Below the pieces are notes generated by a model, which was not told the origin of the DNA, ran no database searches, and saw nothing but the letters and a program-made list of their open reading frames with translations. This document shows, piece after piece, positions 35,939 to 45,051 of a stretch of 64,000 nt of DNA. This stretch comes from a virus (Duplodnaviria; Caudoviricetes): positions 1,570 through 65,569 of the IMG/VR virus record IMGVR_UViG_2842063143_000003. One strand, written 5' to 3'. How positions within the stretch are numbered: the first letter of the stretch is position 1; every line of letters starts with the position of its first letter. A program made the position numbers and the translations under genes.

Positions 35939-38412
35939 GCCTTCGTCCGCCTGCGGGCATTGCCGAAGGCTTTGCGTAACCCGGTTCTGCGCGTGGCGGA
36001 AGACGCCGCGTCGTAAGACAGCTTCTCGCCGTGATCGGCCTCGTAGCGCTTCATCAGTTCGGAGCGCTTGATGAAGACCTGACGGCTGTCCTTGTTTTGC
36101 CGCAGGGTCTCGATCTCCTGCATCTCAGCAGGGTAGGCCTCGGCGAGCGTCTGATCCGTGGACCGATACCGCGCCTTGGATGCCTCGGCTTCCGCCTTGC
36201 GAGCAGCAGCCTCACGCTCCTTGCCAGCCTCGCCCGAGATCTCGCGCTCGATCGCCTCGTCGTCGTGCCCTTCGTCGCGCAGCCGGTCTTCGGTTTCCTC
36301 ACGATCCGCCCAGTAGGAGGCGCCCTCGGGTCGGTCCAAGGCGAGCACAAGGTGGTGCCCGTCCTGGCTGTCGTCGAGGTAATGACCGTACTGGTTGAGG
36401 TAGTCCTCGGCCGCTTGGTGGGCGCTGGCCCGATCCTCATCCCGAGCATCGTCGCTCAGGAAGCTCGGCTCGTTGCGATGCCCCTCAAACGAGTTCTGAA
36501 GCTCGGCGAGAACCGAGCTGTGATCCAGTTCGCCGTTCTCATCAAACGAGAGCGGGGCGTGAAGGACGATCTTGCTCGGGTCGTGCTGCGCGATGGCAGC
36601 CTCGATCGCCGCCTCGTGATCCTCGTCCTCGTCGCCGCCCGGCGCGATCACCTCGTCGTGGTGGATGTCGTAGGGCTCCGCAGGCTCGGCATCGTCGTCG
36701 CCGCCCTCATCATCCCCATCGTCTTCGTCCGGCTCGTCTTCGTGTGAGGATCCGGATGAGCCACCGCCGGATCCAAACTGGCCATTGTTGGCCCGAGGGT
36801 GGTCGCCTTCTCGCCAGTCATCGCGAGCTAGGTTGAACATGCGATCCAAGGCCGGGCGCTGTTCCTGCTTCTCCTGAACGCGACCGAGAAGCCCTTGGGC
36901 AGCATTCTCGCCACCGGCCTCAAGCCCCTCGCCGACCTCTTCCTCAAGGTCGGGCAGATCGTCGGGGTCAAGGCCGTGGTAGATGCTCTCGGGGTCGTCC
37001 GCGAGGCGCTTGCGCTCTTCTGCCGGCGTGAGAGCCCCGCTATCGATGTAGACCTGAGCGGTGTCGGCTTCGAGCTTCCGGACCTCGGCAAGCTCCTTGT
37101 CCGACATGGACCACAAGGGCTCAAACGCGAAGGTGATCTCGGGGTCAACTTCGCCGTAAAGGTCTAGCTGGATCAGGCCTAGAACCGTCGTTAGGTGCGG
37201 CCGGATCTGAGACTCTTGCGGGTGCGCATTGACCCAGTCGTAGAACGCTCGGATTTCACCATCTGTCGAGGCATTTAGCCCAGCCGGGCCGATGCCGAGA
37301 AACTTGATCAGAGGCACGCCACCGACCGAGGCGATGTGCTCTTGGCTCTGTGCCTGCAGCACGTCTAGCGTACCGAGCGGCGCCGAGACGTTCTTCAGAT
37401 CCTCGGTCAGCTTGTCGAGCACAAACGTTCCGCTGTTGTCGCGGAAGTCGTTAAACAGCTCGACGCGCTCCATCAGAGACGGGTCAACGACGCCGAGCGT
37501 GTTGCCCATCTGCGTGGCGAGCACCATGACACTGAACGCTCGGACCAGATCCGACACGTTCTGACGCGTCTTGAGCCAGTTATCGACGGTCGGCTTGAGC
37601 AACTGGCTGAGCGAGATGCCGCCGAAGCTGTAGGCCGGCTTCAGGATATCGGGAACCTCACGGCCAACGAAGGTCAGGAGGCGGGTGCGATGGACGGGCT
37701 TACCTTGAACCAACCAAGTAGCGGGCCGATACCAATCAGAGGCGAGAGGATCGCTCGTGTTGTAACCGCTCGGGTACGCCCAAAGCGCGTCGATGACTCG
37801 AAAGCCCTTCAGGCTGCCCTTCGCGACTTTCGCCCGGCTGGCGGCATCGGTGCCGTCGCCGATTGAGGTCGCCAGTTCAGGCCCGGCCGCACCGAGATCC
37901 ACAAAAAGGTGCCCCCGGCCCATGTAGCCGTCACCCTCTAGGGCACGGCGGAACAGGTCGCGGACATGGAAGCGGTCTAGAGCGGCCTCAATCTCCTTGA
38001 TCTTGTCGGCCTTGTCCGCCCCGGCGGCTTGGATTTTGATCCACTTCCGGGTGGCTTCAGTCGCGATGATCTCCACCATCCGGCGGATCTCAGGGATCTG
38101 GGCCTGAATGGCGAGTTGCGCGAAACCGGGAAAATTCCCGTAGGCTCCGAAATAGCTTCCGAGCGACTGCTGCGCCCACGAGCCGATGCCTGGGGCCTCA
38201 TCCATCGCCATACTGGCACCGCCAGTCACCTCAGGCGGGTGCTGAGCGGCAAGGAACGGCTGGACGGCCTGTGGCCGCTTGCGCGTGGTCTTTGCCAGCG
38301 CACGAAGCTCCGGAGCGATCTTGAACGGCTTCCGCTCGACGGGCGCTTCAGCCACTGAAGTGCCGGCTGGCGCGCTGGCCTTCGCTCGATTGCGGCGCTG
38401 GGCTCGGGTCAT
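35935..38412 (-). CDS. Portal protein (DUF1073-like) with fused acidic C-terminal extension
   Basis: TRKWI, P..YN..DPL..D.Y.P..W.V.G..VH.TRL, LKPAYSFGG.S..QL, P.GLNAS.DGEIR.FYD. Confidence 0.9.
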   Translation of the reverse strand: MTRAQRRNRAKASAPAGTSVAEAPVERKPFKIAPELRALAKTTRKRPQAVQPFLAAQHPPEVTGGASMAMDEAPGIGSWAQQSLGSYFGAYGNFPGFAQLAIQAQIPEIRRMVEIIATEATRKWIKIQAAGADKADKIKEIEAALDRFHVRDLFRRALEGDGYMGRGHLFVDLGAAGPELATSIGDGTDAASRAKVAKGSLKGFRVIDALWAYPSGYNTSDPLASDWYRPATWLVQGKPVHRTRLLTFVGREVPDILKPAYSFGGISLSQLLKPTVDNWLKTRQNVSDLVRAFSVMVLATQMGNTLGVVDPSLMERVELFNDFRDNSGTFVLDKLTEDLKNVSAPLGTLDVLQAQSQEHIASVGGVPLIKFLGIGPAGLNASTDGEIRAFYDWVNAHPQESQIRPHLTTVLGLIQLDLYGEVDPEITFAFEPLWSMSDKELAEVRKLEADTAQVYIDSGALTPAEERKRLADDPESIYHGLDPDDLPDLEEEVGEGLEAGGENAAQGLLGRVQEKQEQRPALDRMFNLARDDWREGDHPRANNGQFGSGGGSSGSSHEDEPDEDDGDDEGGDDDAEPAEPYDIHHDEVIAPGGDEDEDHEAAIEAAIAQHDPSKIVLHAPLSFDENGELDHSSVLAELQNSFEGHRNEPSFLSDDARDEDRASAHQAAEDYLNQYGHYLDDSQDGHHLVLALDRPEGASYWADREETEDRLRDEGHDDEAIEREISGEAGKEREAAARKAEAEASKARYRSTDQTLAEAYPAEMQEIETLRQNKDSRQVFIKRSELMKRYEADHGEKLSYDAASSATRRTGLRKAFGNARRRTKA

Positions 38413-38414
38413 AC

Positions 38415-39668
38415 TCAGGTCCCGAGGTTGAACGTGAAGCCTCCGCGTCGAGGCATTTTCGCGAGCCGGCGAAGCTCGGGATCGATCGTCAGAGGCTGCC
38501 GGGCATGGGCCTTGTGACTGACCGCTAGCGCGAGCGCGCACACGCAGTCATCGTGGAAGCCATCCGGCGCCGTGTAGCGAACCCCTGTCCGCGTGTACTC
38601 GTACTCGAAGTTCTCAAGCTCTGACCGGATCGGGCCTTCAGGGATCGCGATCTCCATTTTCTGGATCGCGACCGCTAAACCTTCCATGATCCGCTGCTTG
38701 GACTCGCTCGTGAATTTGAAGCCCTCGAACCGGGATCCCGGCCGCTTCTGCAGCATCTCCAGGATCGGGTCGCCAACTCCGGTCGAGTCTACGAGGGCAG
38801 GCACGGAGCCCGTCGCCTCAGCGATCCGGTCCATGGTGGCGTCCCAGGGCTTCTGGAAACGCTCAAACCGGCAGATGCGCCCCTCAGCATCCAAGGCGAT
38901 GCCAACGGTCCAATCCACCGACTTGGCCAGATCCCAGCCCCAGGCGATGGGCTTGCCGTCAGACAGTGAGCCGATGCAATCGGCGATGGCCTTCAAGCCG
39001 AAGGGGTTGCCGCCGTCGTCGGATGGCTCGGCGAGATATAGCTCCCGGAACACGGCCTCAGGCAGATCAGACCGAGCTTGGTCAATCTCAGCCTGCGAGA
39101 GGATGCCGGCCTGGATCGCGTCGAACGCCGTGATCCGCTTGTAGGCCATCCCGGGGGCGCCTGCCTCAGCCTTGCGAGCCAAAGCAAACGCCCAATTCTT
39201 CCGGCCCTTGACGTTGCCGATGATGCGGATGGGGCCGCGCGTCGCCGTTAGGGTCGAGCGAACGGCGTGCCAGCTCTCCTCACGGCAGCGGCTCGCCTCA
39301 TCGACGACCGCGCTGTAGACATCCTCGCCATAGAGGTTGTTCGGCTTCTCGGCCGATTTGAACCACATCCGCCGACCGCCCGGCAGCTCAATCCATTTGT
39401 CCGTGTCGTGGGTCTTGATGATGTCGTGGGGCAGGCCCCGCTTCATCCGCTTGTAGGCGATCTCGGCCTGAGGATAGACCGGAGCCACCCACCAGTGGTT
39501 CTGCCCTTCACCGCCGAACATGGTCTGCTCAGCCAGCCAGATCAGGCAGGGCGCGGTCTTCCCGCACTTGGTCGAGCCTTCAACGACCCCGTAGCGTTCC
39601 GTGCCGAACAGCGCCTCTCGCTGGTAGTCGGCCAGCCAGGGGCGCTCGTACTCAAAGGCAAGCGTCAC
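38415..39668 (-). CDS. terL: Terminase large subunit
   Basis: Walker A STKCGKT, Walker B VVDEA, WDLAKSVDWTV, DSTGVGD, HDDCVCALALA. Confidence 0.93.
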   Translation of the reverse strand: MTLAFEYERPWLADYQREALFGTERYGVVEGSTKCGKTAPCLIWLAEQTMFGGEGQNHWWVAPVYPQAEIAYKRMKRGLPHDIIKTHDTDKWIELPGGRRMWFKSAEKPNNLYGEDVYSAVVDEASRCREESWHAVRSTLTATRGPIRIIGNVKGRKNWAFALARKAEAGAPGMAYKRITAFDAIQAGILSQAEIDQARSDLPEAVFRELYLAEPSDDGGNPFGLKAIADCIGSLSDGKPIAWGWDLAKSVDWTVGIALDAEGRICRFERFQKPWDATMDRIAEATGSVPALVDSTGVGDPILEMLQKRPGSRFEGFKFTSESKQRIMEGLAVAIQKMEIAIPEGPIRSELENFEYEYTRTGVRYTAPDGFHDDCVCALALAVSHKAHARQPLTIDPELRRLAKMPRRGGFTFNLGT

Positions 39669-40219
39669 GATTGCGCCGGGCGATCCAGCTTGAACGTAAA
39701 TACCGCGCCCTCACCATCGGGGCCGGTGTGCTTGTGAAGCTGCGCAACGCCGAGGTGCTTACCCATCTCAGTCAGGGCCGCGACCTTGCTGTGCATCTTG
39801 ACCTTGAGCGCGCCGTCCTTGGTCTGGCTGATCTCAGCCACAGCAGCGGCGGCGTCATGGTCAATGGCATCAGAGCCGATCAACTCTACCTCGTTGAAAG
39901 CTCGCGTCTCGGGTATGCCGTCCTCATCGACCTTGTCGGTCTCGGCAACGTTTGCCCGCCAAGCGACGACGCTGCGAATGTCACTGAAGCCAATGCGGGC
40001 CAGCTCAGTCAGAACGCGGTCCGCGGTGACGCGAGTGCGCACTGAGCGCTCTGCCATCGCATCCGCGATCGCCTTGCCCACCTCAACATGCTTCAACAGC
40101 CGGCCGCCCTGTGAATAAGCGGTATCCTCACTGTAGCCGGCCCTGATTGCGGCCTGAGTAGCGTTCAGGTCGATCAGGTACTCGTCAACGAAAAGCTGCT
40201 GCTGCGTGTTGAGTGCCAT
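39665..40219 (-). CDS. terS: Terminase small subunit
   Basis: FVDEYLIDLNATQAAIRAGYS..TA, RVL.EL.RI.F, K..AL..MGKHLG. Confidence 0.93.
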   Translation of the reverse strand: MALNTQQQLFVDEYLIDLNATQAAIRAGYSEDTAYSQGGRLLKHVEVGKAIADAMAERSVRTRVTADRVLTELARIGFSDIRSVVAWRANVAETDKVDEDGIPETRAFNEVELIGSDAIDHDAAAAVAEISQTKDGALKVKMHSKVAALTEMGKHLGVAQLHKHTGPDGEGAVFTFKLDRPAQS

Positions 40220-40480
40220 GGGCGCTAAGCGCCCTCAGCGCCGGTTTTGATTATGATCTGACGATTGGTGTGCAGCCTAGCCCAGTGTGCCTCGATGCCT
40301 TCAGCGATGTATGCGCGAGGCTTGGTGGACTGGGTGTGCTGGGCGAGGGCTTGACCGTTGGATGCCAGGGTGGGCTGCTTGCCGGCCTGGGGAGATGAGA
40401 GGCGAAGGACGGGGCTGCCGGGGAAAGGATCGCGCATCAGCGTCTGTTCCCGAATTGAGTGAGCAGCACGAGGGCGCCGA

Positions 40481-40865
40481 TTAGTGCGAGGCAGCCGAGC
40501 ATGAACATGGCCGGGCTCGCATAAGGTCAGCGCCGGCAGTCAGCCAAGCGAGCGTGAAGTGCGTCGGGAGCCAAATCCAGGTTAGGAGGGCGTCCGTGTC
40601 GGGCATCAGTTGACGTTCAGCCCGATTGCGAGAGCCAAGACGATGACCATCGGGACCAGGACGGACAGAGCGCCTTCCAGCATCGGGCGGCCTGTTTCGT
40701 TCATCCACTCGCGCTCGGATCGCTTCAGCATCACACCCGCTCCGCGCTGTCGTCCAGATCCGCCAGCTTGATCCCGGCGAGGTCTAGATCCCCGTCTTCG
40801 ATCTCGTCCCAATCCTCGGGGAGGAGCGTGATCTGGTCGAAGTGACAGGGCTCATCGGGGATCAT
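40481..40865 (-). CDS. Three coupled mini-ORFs (40731-40865, 40606-40731, 40481-40606)
   Basis: Consecutive TGATG/ATGA overlaps; 41-44 aa each, one with a TM segment. Confidence 0.5.
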
Positions 40866-41341
40866 TTGCCAACGATGGCTCCGAAGCGCCGGTCGTACTC
40901 GGCTTTCCAATCGCCGAGGAACCAAGCCTGGCCTTCAGCCGGGGTAATCTTGCCTTGGCAGATCATCCGCTTGCAGAGGCCTTCAAGGCGGTTCTTGTCT
41001 TCCTGGTTGTAGGCGCCGTCCCCGGTTTCTGGCCACAGGTTGGCGGGCACATCAGCGCCGCCGCACTCCAATGGCACGCGGTGATCCACGGAACAGCCAT
41101 GAGGCCCGGCGCACCAGCCAGCGCGCTTGTTCGCGAGGCCGTAGGCGGTGAACGCGGCAGTCTTCTCGCTCTGCGTGGTGTGGCGCCGCTCGGCCGTCTT
41201 GTGGTGGCAGAGAATGTCGAGGTCTTGGGTCTCCACCGCTCCCGGCGTCAGGACCGGATCCGGCTCTGTGCCATCGCTGTCGGCTGCATGCGCAAACGAG
41301 GATAGCCCAGCCAGGAGGGCGAGCGCGGGGAGAAAGCGCAT
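40862..41341 (-). CDS. Secreted HNH-fold protein
   Basis: Signal peptide MRFLPALALLAGLSSFAHA; VDHRVPLECGGAD.PANLWP; K.RLE...IC.G. Confidence 0.7.
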   Translation of the reverse strand: MRFLPALALLAGLSSFAHAADSDGTEPDPVLTPGAVETQDLDILCHHKTAERRHTTQSEKTAAFTAYGLANKRAGWCAGPHGCSVDHRVPLECGGADVPANLWPETGDGAYNQEDKNRLEGLCKRMICQGKITPAEGQAWFLGDWKAEYDRRFGAIVGK

Positions 41342-41431
41342 GGGCTATCCGAAGTAGATCGGGATGCAGGAGGATCTACGCCTGCGCTTGTCCCCGCTGG
41401 GGCTTACGCAGCCAGCGTCCCGAGAGGTATC

Positions 41432-41507
41432 GGCGTCCAAAGGAAGGACTCGAACCATCGACCACCCGCAAGGCGGGCCCTCTAACCCCTGAGGTACGAT
41501 GGACGCC
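41432..41507 (-). ncRNA. tRNA-like cloverleaf with collapsed (3-nt) anticodon loop
   Basis: GGCGTCCA/TGGACGCC stem, TA, D-arm CCTC-AGGGGTTA-GAGG, CCCGC-CTT-GCGGG, TGGTC, GATGG-TTCGAGT-CCTTC. Confidence 0.7.
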
Positions 41508-41547
41508 GAACTGTGAGCCCGAGCGCTCTGCGCTATGGGGCGAAATT

Positions 41548-41802
41548 TTAGCTCAGACCGTTACCAGATCTCGGGTCGACTTGAGCGGCATTGATTTCTG
41601 AAACGATCTCATTGCGTCTGGCGGCCCCACCGAGATCCATCATCTCTACAAGGCCGTCCTCGTCAGTGCCGTATCGGGCGGCCACAACCGCAATCTTCGC
41701 CCTAGCTTTTGCAACCCGGGCGTCGAGCTCCGCATCGTTGCAGCCGAACAGCTCTTCGGTCGATACCTCCAGATCCTCTTCGCGAACAAAGCCAAGGGGC
41801 AT
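41548..41802 (-). CDS. Hypothetical protein
   Basis: 84-aa ORF after late leader. Confidence 0.55.
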   Translation of the reverse strand: MPLGFVREEDLEVSTEELFGCNDAELDARVAKARAKIAVVAARYGTDEDGLVEMMDLGGAARRNEIVSEINAAQVDPRSGNGLS

Positions 41803-41809
41803 CTGATGG

Positions 41810-41967
41810 CTGCCTGATTTTGGGGGCAATGACGGACGTCTGCCTCGGCGCTGAGCCGTGGGCCGGGTCCGGTGGACACATCCCGCAAGGGGCAGTCGGG
41901 GCGGCCCAGGGCTCGCACACACCGGATATCCTGACCGGAGAAATGCACGCGCTGAGATGAAAGTCAA
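41810..41967 (-). promoter_or_regulatory. Putative late promoter and structured leader
   Basis: TTGACT (41967-41962) just after the NusG-like gene; GC-rich multi-stem non-coding leader. Confidence 0.5.
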
Positions 41968-41976
41968 GTGCGCCGC

Positions 41977-42744
41977 TCACGCTGCCTCGACATTTGTCTG
42001 GTCTATCCATGCCGGAACTGTGCCGCCCATGATCTTCAACCCTACGCGAAGCCGACCTTTGCGCGTGTCGACTTCCTCGACTGGGCCGCTGTGAGACGTG
42101 AATGGGCCGGCCGTCGCCCGAACCACGTCTCCGATGCCGAACAGCATCTCCATGACCTCGCCGACAGCTTGGTCGTCGTGCTTGTGGCCGGTGATGTGGT
42201 CCGCGAACTTCTGCATCAGTTCGGCTGACACTCGAAGCGGCCGCGTCTCTGTCGCGAGCCATTCGCGCTCAATCCAGACTCGAGCGCCCTCCCCTTCGCA
42301 CCAGACCTCTTTGAGGCCTAGCAGGATGCGGAAGGCATCGCGCAACTTCTCCCCGAGGTGTCCGGTGCCATCGCCGGCCGCGGGGATCCCAACGAACATC
42401 AAGCGCCGCAAGACGGGCACCTGAGCGATGCGAGCCTTGCCGCGATCCTCGTCCACCAGCCGCTCTTCCTGCCTGGCCTCAAAGACCGGCAATCCGGCGT
42501 CGCGCAGCCTGGCGGCGCAGCGCGCGGCTCGCGCGGGATCAGAGCGAACCACAGCCCAATCGTGGAGCTCTCCGACCTCGAACCGTTCGGTCTGCTTGCG
42601 AGCTCGCACCCGGGCCGGCGTCGGCAATGCCGATCGATTGGCTGACTTCACACGCGACAATCGCCGCTTACGCGCGGCGCGGCTGGCCTTCCGCTTCTTC
42701 GCCAGAGCCTTGGTCTGGCGGGCGGTCTGCTGAAGGTCATTCAT
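41977..42744 (-). CDS. NusG-like (NGN + KOW) transcription antiterminator
   Basis: WAVVRS, PVLRRLMFVG, FGIGDVVRATAGPFTSHSGPVEEVD...V...IMG. Confidence 0.85.
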   Translation of the reverse strand: MNDLQQTARQTKALAKKRKASRAARKRRLSRVKSANRSALPTPARVRARKQTERFEVGELHDWAVVRSDPARAARCAARLRDAGLPVFEARQEERLVDEDRGKARIAQVPVLRRLMFVGIPAAGDGTGHLGEKLRDAFRILLGLKEVWCEGEGARVWIEREWLATETRPLRVSAELMQKFADHITGHKHDDQAVGEVMEMLFGIGDVVRATAGPFTSHSGPVEEVDTRKGRLRVGLKIMGGTVPAWIDQTNVEAA

Positions 42745-42874
42745 CCTCGGCGGCCTCTCTCGGGGTCGCCGCGGTCACGGTCGGGTATGCGCGGGTTAAA
42801 TATAGAGCCGCGTGGGGCAGGAGTGAACCCGCCTCACGCCAACTCATGATGCGATCAGTAATTATCGAAAGACT

Positions 42875-43081
42875 TCAGGCCACTGGCTCGTACCAGACGG
42901 TATAGACGGCATAGGCGTCGGTCCCGCCATTCGGCTCACCGACCTGCGTCACGGTGGAGTGGACCTGCACGACCTTCTGACCCTCGCGCTCCAACACCTC
43001 CAGGTAAGTGTTGATGCGGTCTTCCATCCGGCCAATATCCTCCATACCGACGCCGCGAAAAATCCTCACGCGCATATCCAC
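42875..43081 (-). CDS. Small hypothetical protein
   Basis: AGGAG RBS; 68 aa. Confidence 0.6.
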   Translation of the reverse strand: MDMRVRIFRGVGMEDIGRMEDRINTYLEVLEREGQKVVQVHSTVTQVGEPNGGTDAYAVYTVWYEPVA

Positions 43082-43131
43082 TTCTCCTGAACGAAGACGT
43101 AAATGTCGGGCTTATGGCTACCGCTAGAAGT

Positions 43132-43365
43132 CTACAGATCGTCGTCTTGCTCGAAATCAGCCATCGCGATCTGATGCCAGCCGCACAGGCGCTGGATACG
43201 CCAGAAATCGCAGGACCCATCTTTCTCAGTTGGGATCGTGAATGGCCCACGCGGACCGATCCACCACTCCCCGGTATTGAGCTTCGTCAGTCCCTCAAGG
43301 GGACGAAAGCCCAGACGCCGAAGTTTGTCCTCCCACTGATAGCGCGGCAGGAGCTTGACTATCAC
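43132..43365 (-). CDS. HicA-like small protein (putative toxin)
   Basis: KLRRLGF...GEWW.GP.GPFTIP layout like dsRBD-fold HicA; next to HicB-like gene. Confidence 0.5.
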   Translation of the reverse strand: MIVKLLPRYQWEDKLRRLGFRPLEGLTKLNTGEWWIGPRGPFTIPTEKDGSCDFWRIQRLCGWHQIAMADFEQDDDL

Positions 43366-43368
43366 TGG

Positions 43369-43722
43369 TTAGGCCGCGCGCTGCGCCACGTACTCGACCA
43401 CTTCCGGCAGTCTGTCGGCTTTGGTGGGTTCGATCACGCCCTGCTGCTCGAGCGCTATCCGGATGTCGCACAGGGGCGTCGTGATGTACCGCTCGCCGAG
43501 TTGATACGTCAGGATCCCTTCGAGGGCCGGCTGCACATCCGATAGCACGGCGTCGATATCGGTGTGCGACAGCGCGAAGCCGGGGATCTCATCGCACCAC
43601 GCCCGCAGGCCGCCATCCTCGCGGCGCGCGAAGTGAACGATGATCTTCCAGGGGTGCGCTGGTATCGCGGTACGCATATCGACGACGGTGCCCATGAGGG
43701 TTGATATCGCCCTGATCGTCAC
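43369..43722 (-). CDS. HicB-like antitoxin-domain protein
   Basis: IVHF.RREDGGLRAWCDEIPGFALSH.DID.VL.DV..ALE. Confidence 0.65.
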   Translation of the reverse strand: MTIRAISTLMGTVVDMRTAIPAHPWKIIVHFARREDGGLRAWCDEIPGFALSHTDIDAVLSDVQPALEGILTYQLGERYITTPLCDIRIALEQQGVIEPTKADRLPEVVEYVAQRAA

Positions 43723-43794
43723 GGGGACAAGTTACGGATCTGTGAGTCAAGATTCTGGAGCTCGATCCTGTAACGGGTCAACAGGATTTTGAAG

Positions 43795-44415
43795 CTACCA
43801 CGGCAGCGGGTCGTCCAGCGGGTCCTGCGTGTCTCCGATGGCTTCCAGCGGGTCCTCCACCTGGCTGTTGACCCGAACCACCTTCGCCCCCGGGAACGCC
43901 GCCTTGACCGTCGCCAGCCCGCGGTAGCCCGCCAGCAGCCGCCCGATCTCGTCGAGCGTGTAGACGTCGACGCGCCGCCCGTCGGCCACCACGAGGCTCG
44001 CTGTGGCGTTGTCGGGCACGATGGCGACGACCGAACCGTCAGCCTGCGTGAACTCAAGCACCTGTCGGTCGAGCGGCTTGGCACCGGCGGTATCGGCCAT
44101 CCGATCAAGCGCCGTCCAGGCCTTGACCATCCGACCGCTCTCCCGACGCACGGCCTCAAGGTCGCCATGCCAGAGCGCCTGGTTCAGCAAGAACCGCTGG
44201 CGGTCGAACTTCTCCCGGGTCTCGACCGGCACGAGCAGACGCAGCCGACCGCACCCCCACTTCCGTTCCGCCGCGATCGCCGCTGCGTCGGCCTCGTCCA
44301 GGCATGCCCGGCCAGCGAGGTAGGTGCCGTGCGAGTTGGCCCAAGTCCGGGTGATCTCGCCGGACGCGAATGCGCCGTGGGCTTCGTGGACGAGCTGCGG
44401 TTTTGACTTTGCCAT
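43795..44415 (-). CDS. Hypothetical replication-region protein
   Basis: 206-aa ORF, ERKWGCGRLRLLV...KFD.Q. Confidence 0.75.
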   Translation of the reverse strand: MAKSKPQLVHEAHGAFASGEITRTWANSHGTYLAGRACLDEADAAAIAAERKWGCGRLRLLVPVETREKFDRQRFLLNQALWHGDLEAVRRESGRMVKAWTALDRMADTAGAKPLDRQVLEFTQADGSVVAIVPDNATASLVVADGRRVDVYTLDEIGRLLAGYRGLATVKAAFPGAKVVRVNSQVEDPLEAIGDTQDPLDDPLPW

Positions 44416-44420
44416 CGTGG

Positions 44421-44960
44421 TCACCCTGATTTTCTGAGAGACGCGAAATGCTGGCGAGCGAATTGCAGAGCTTCCCGGAAGTCCTGCAGGTCGACCCAGT
44501 CCTTGGCGCGCATCTGTTTGATCCACCCCCAGTCCTGCTCGCCCTCCCAAAGCCGATCAGCTTCGATGACGTACTGGCCGTCTCGCGCCTCGACGCCGTA
44601 GCTTGTGACGGCCCACTGAACGCCGAGCCAAAAAATTGGCTGGGATAGCGGGTCGCCGTGAACGCGGACATCTGGCAGGTCCGGCATACGCAGGATCGGT
44701 CCCGTTACCGGTACGACCCCCGGCCGAATCGCAATCACGTTCGACGCCAGATCGCTCTTGCCGAGATTGCAGGTCACGCAGAGGGCACGAAGATTTTCCT
44801 CTTCGTCCGATCCGCCATTCGCGACCGCTTTGATGTGGTCGACCTGCAGCGTGACGTTCGGTGCTCGAGCGCCGCAGCACTGGCAGGCGTAACCGTCACG
44901 CTCCAGGACCCGATATCGCGTCCGTGCCGAAATTGGTTTTCTGGTCGCCATCAAGGTCAT
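44421..44960 (-). CDS. HNH endonuclease
   Basis: RY.VLERDG..CQCCG...LQVDHIK.V.NGG.D...NLR.LC..CN.GK. Confidence 0.9.
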   Translation of the reverse strand: MTLMATRKPISARTRYRVLERDGYACQCCGARAPNVTLQVDHIKAVANGGSDEEENLRALCVTCNLGKSDLASNVIAIRPGVVPVTGPILRMPDLPDVRVHGDPLSQPIFWLGVQWAVTSYGVEARDGQYVIEADRLWEGEQDWGWIKQMRAKDWVDLQDFREALQFARQHFASLRKSG

Positions 44961-45051
44961 CCCTGCTCGCCGAATTCGTCGGCTGTTTGTCTGGACTAAA
45001 GGGGCGGAGGTCGGCCTCAAGGCGACCCTCCGACCCTACTTTAGTAGGGGT

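Noticed and set aside
35935-38412. Anti-CBASS (Acb1) call for the DUF1073-like gene
   Set aside because: Position after terL and the motifs indicate portal; no paired HxT/S phosphoesterase motifs recognised in the extension
41432-41507. Functional tRNA gene
   Set aside because: Anticodon loop is only 3 nt, acceptor has mismatches, no CCA; reported as tRNA-like instead
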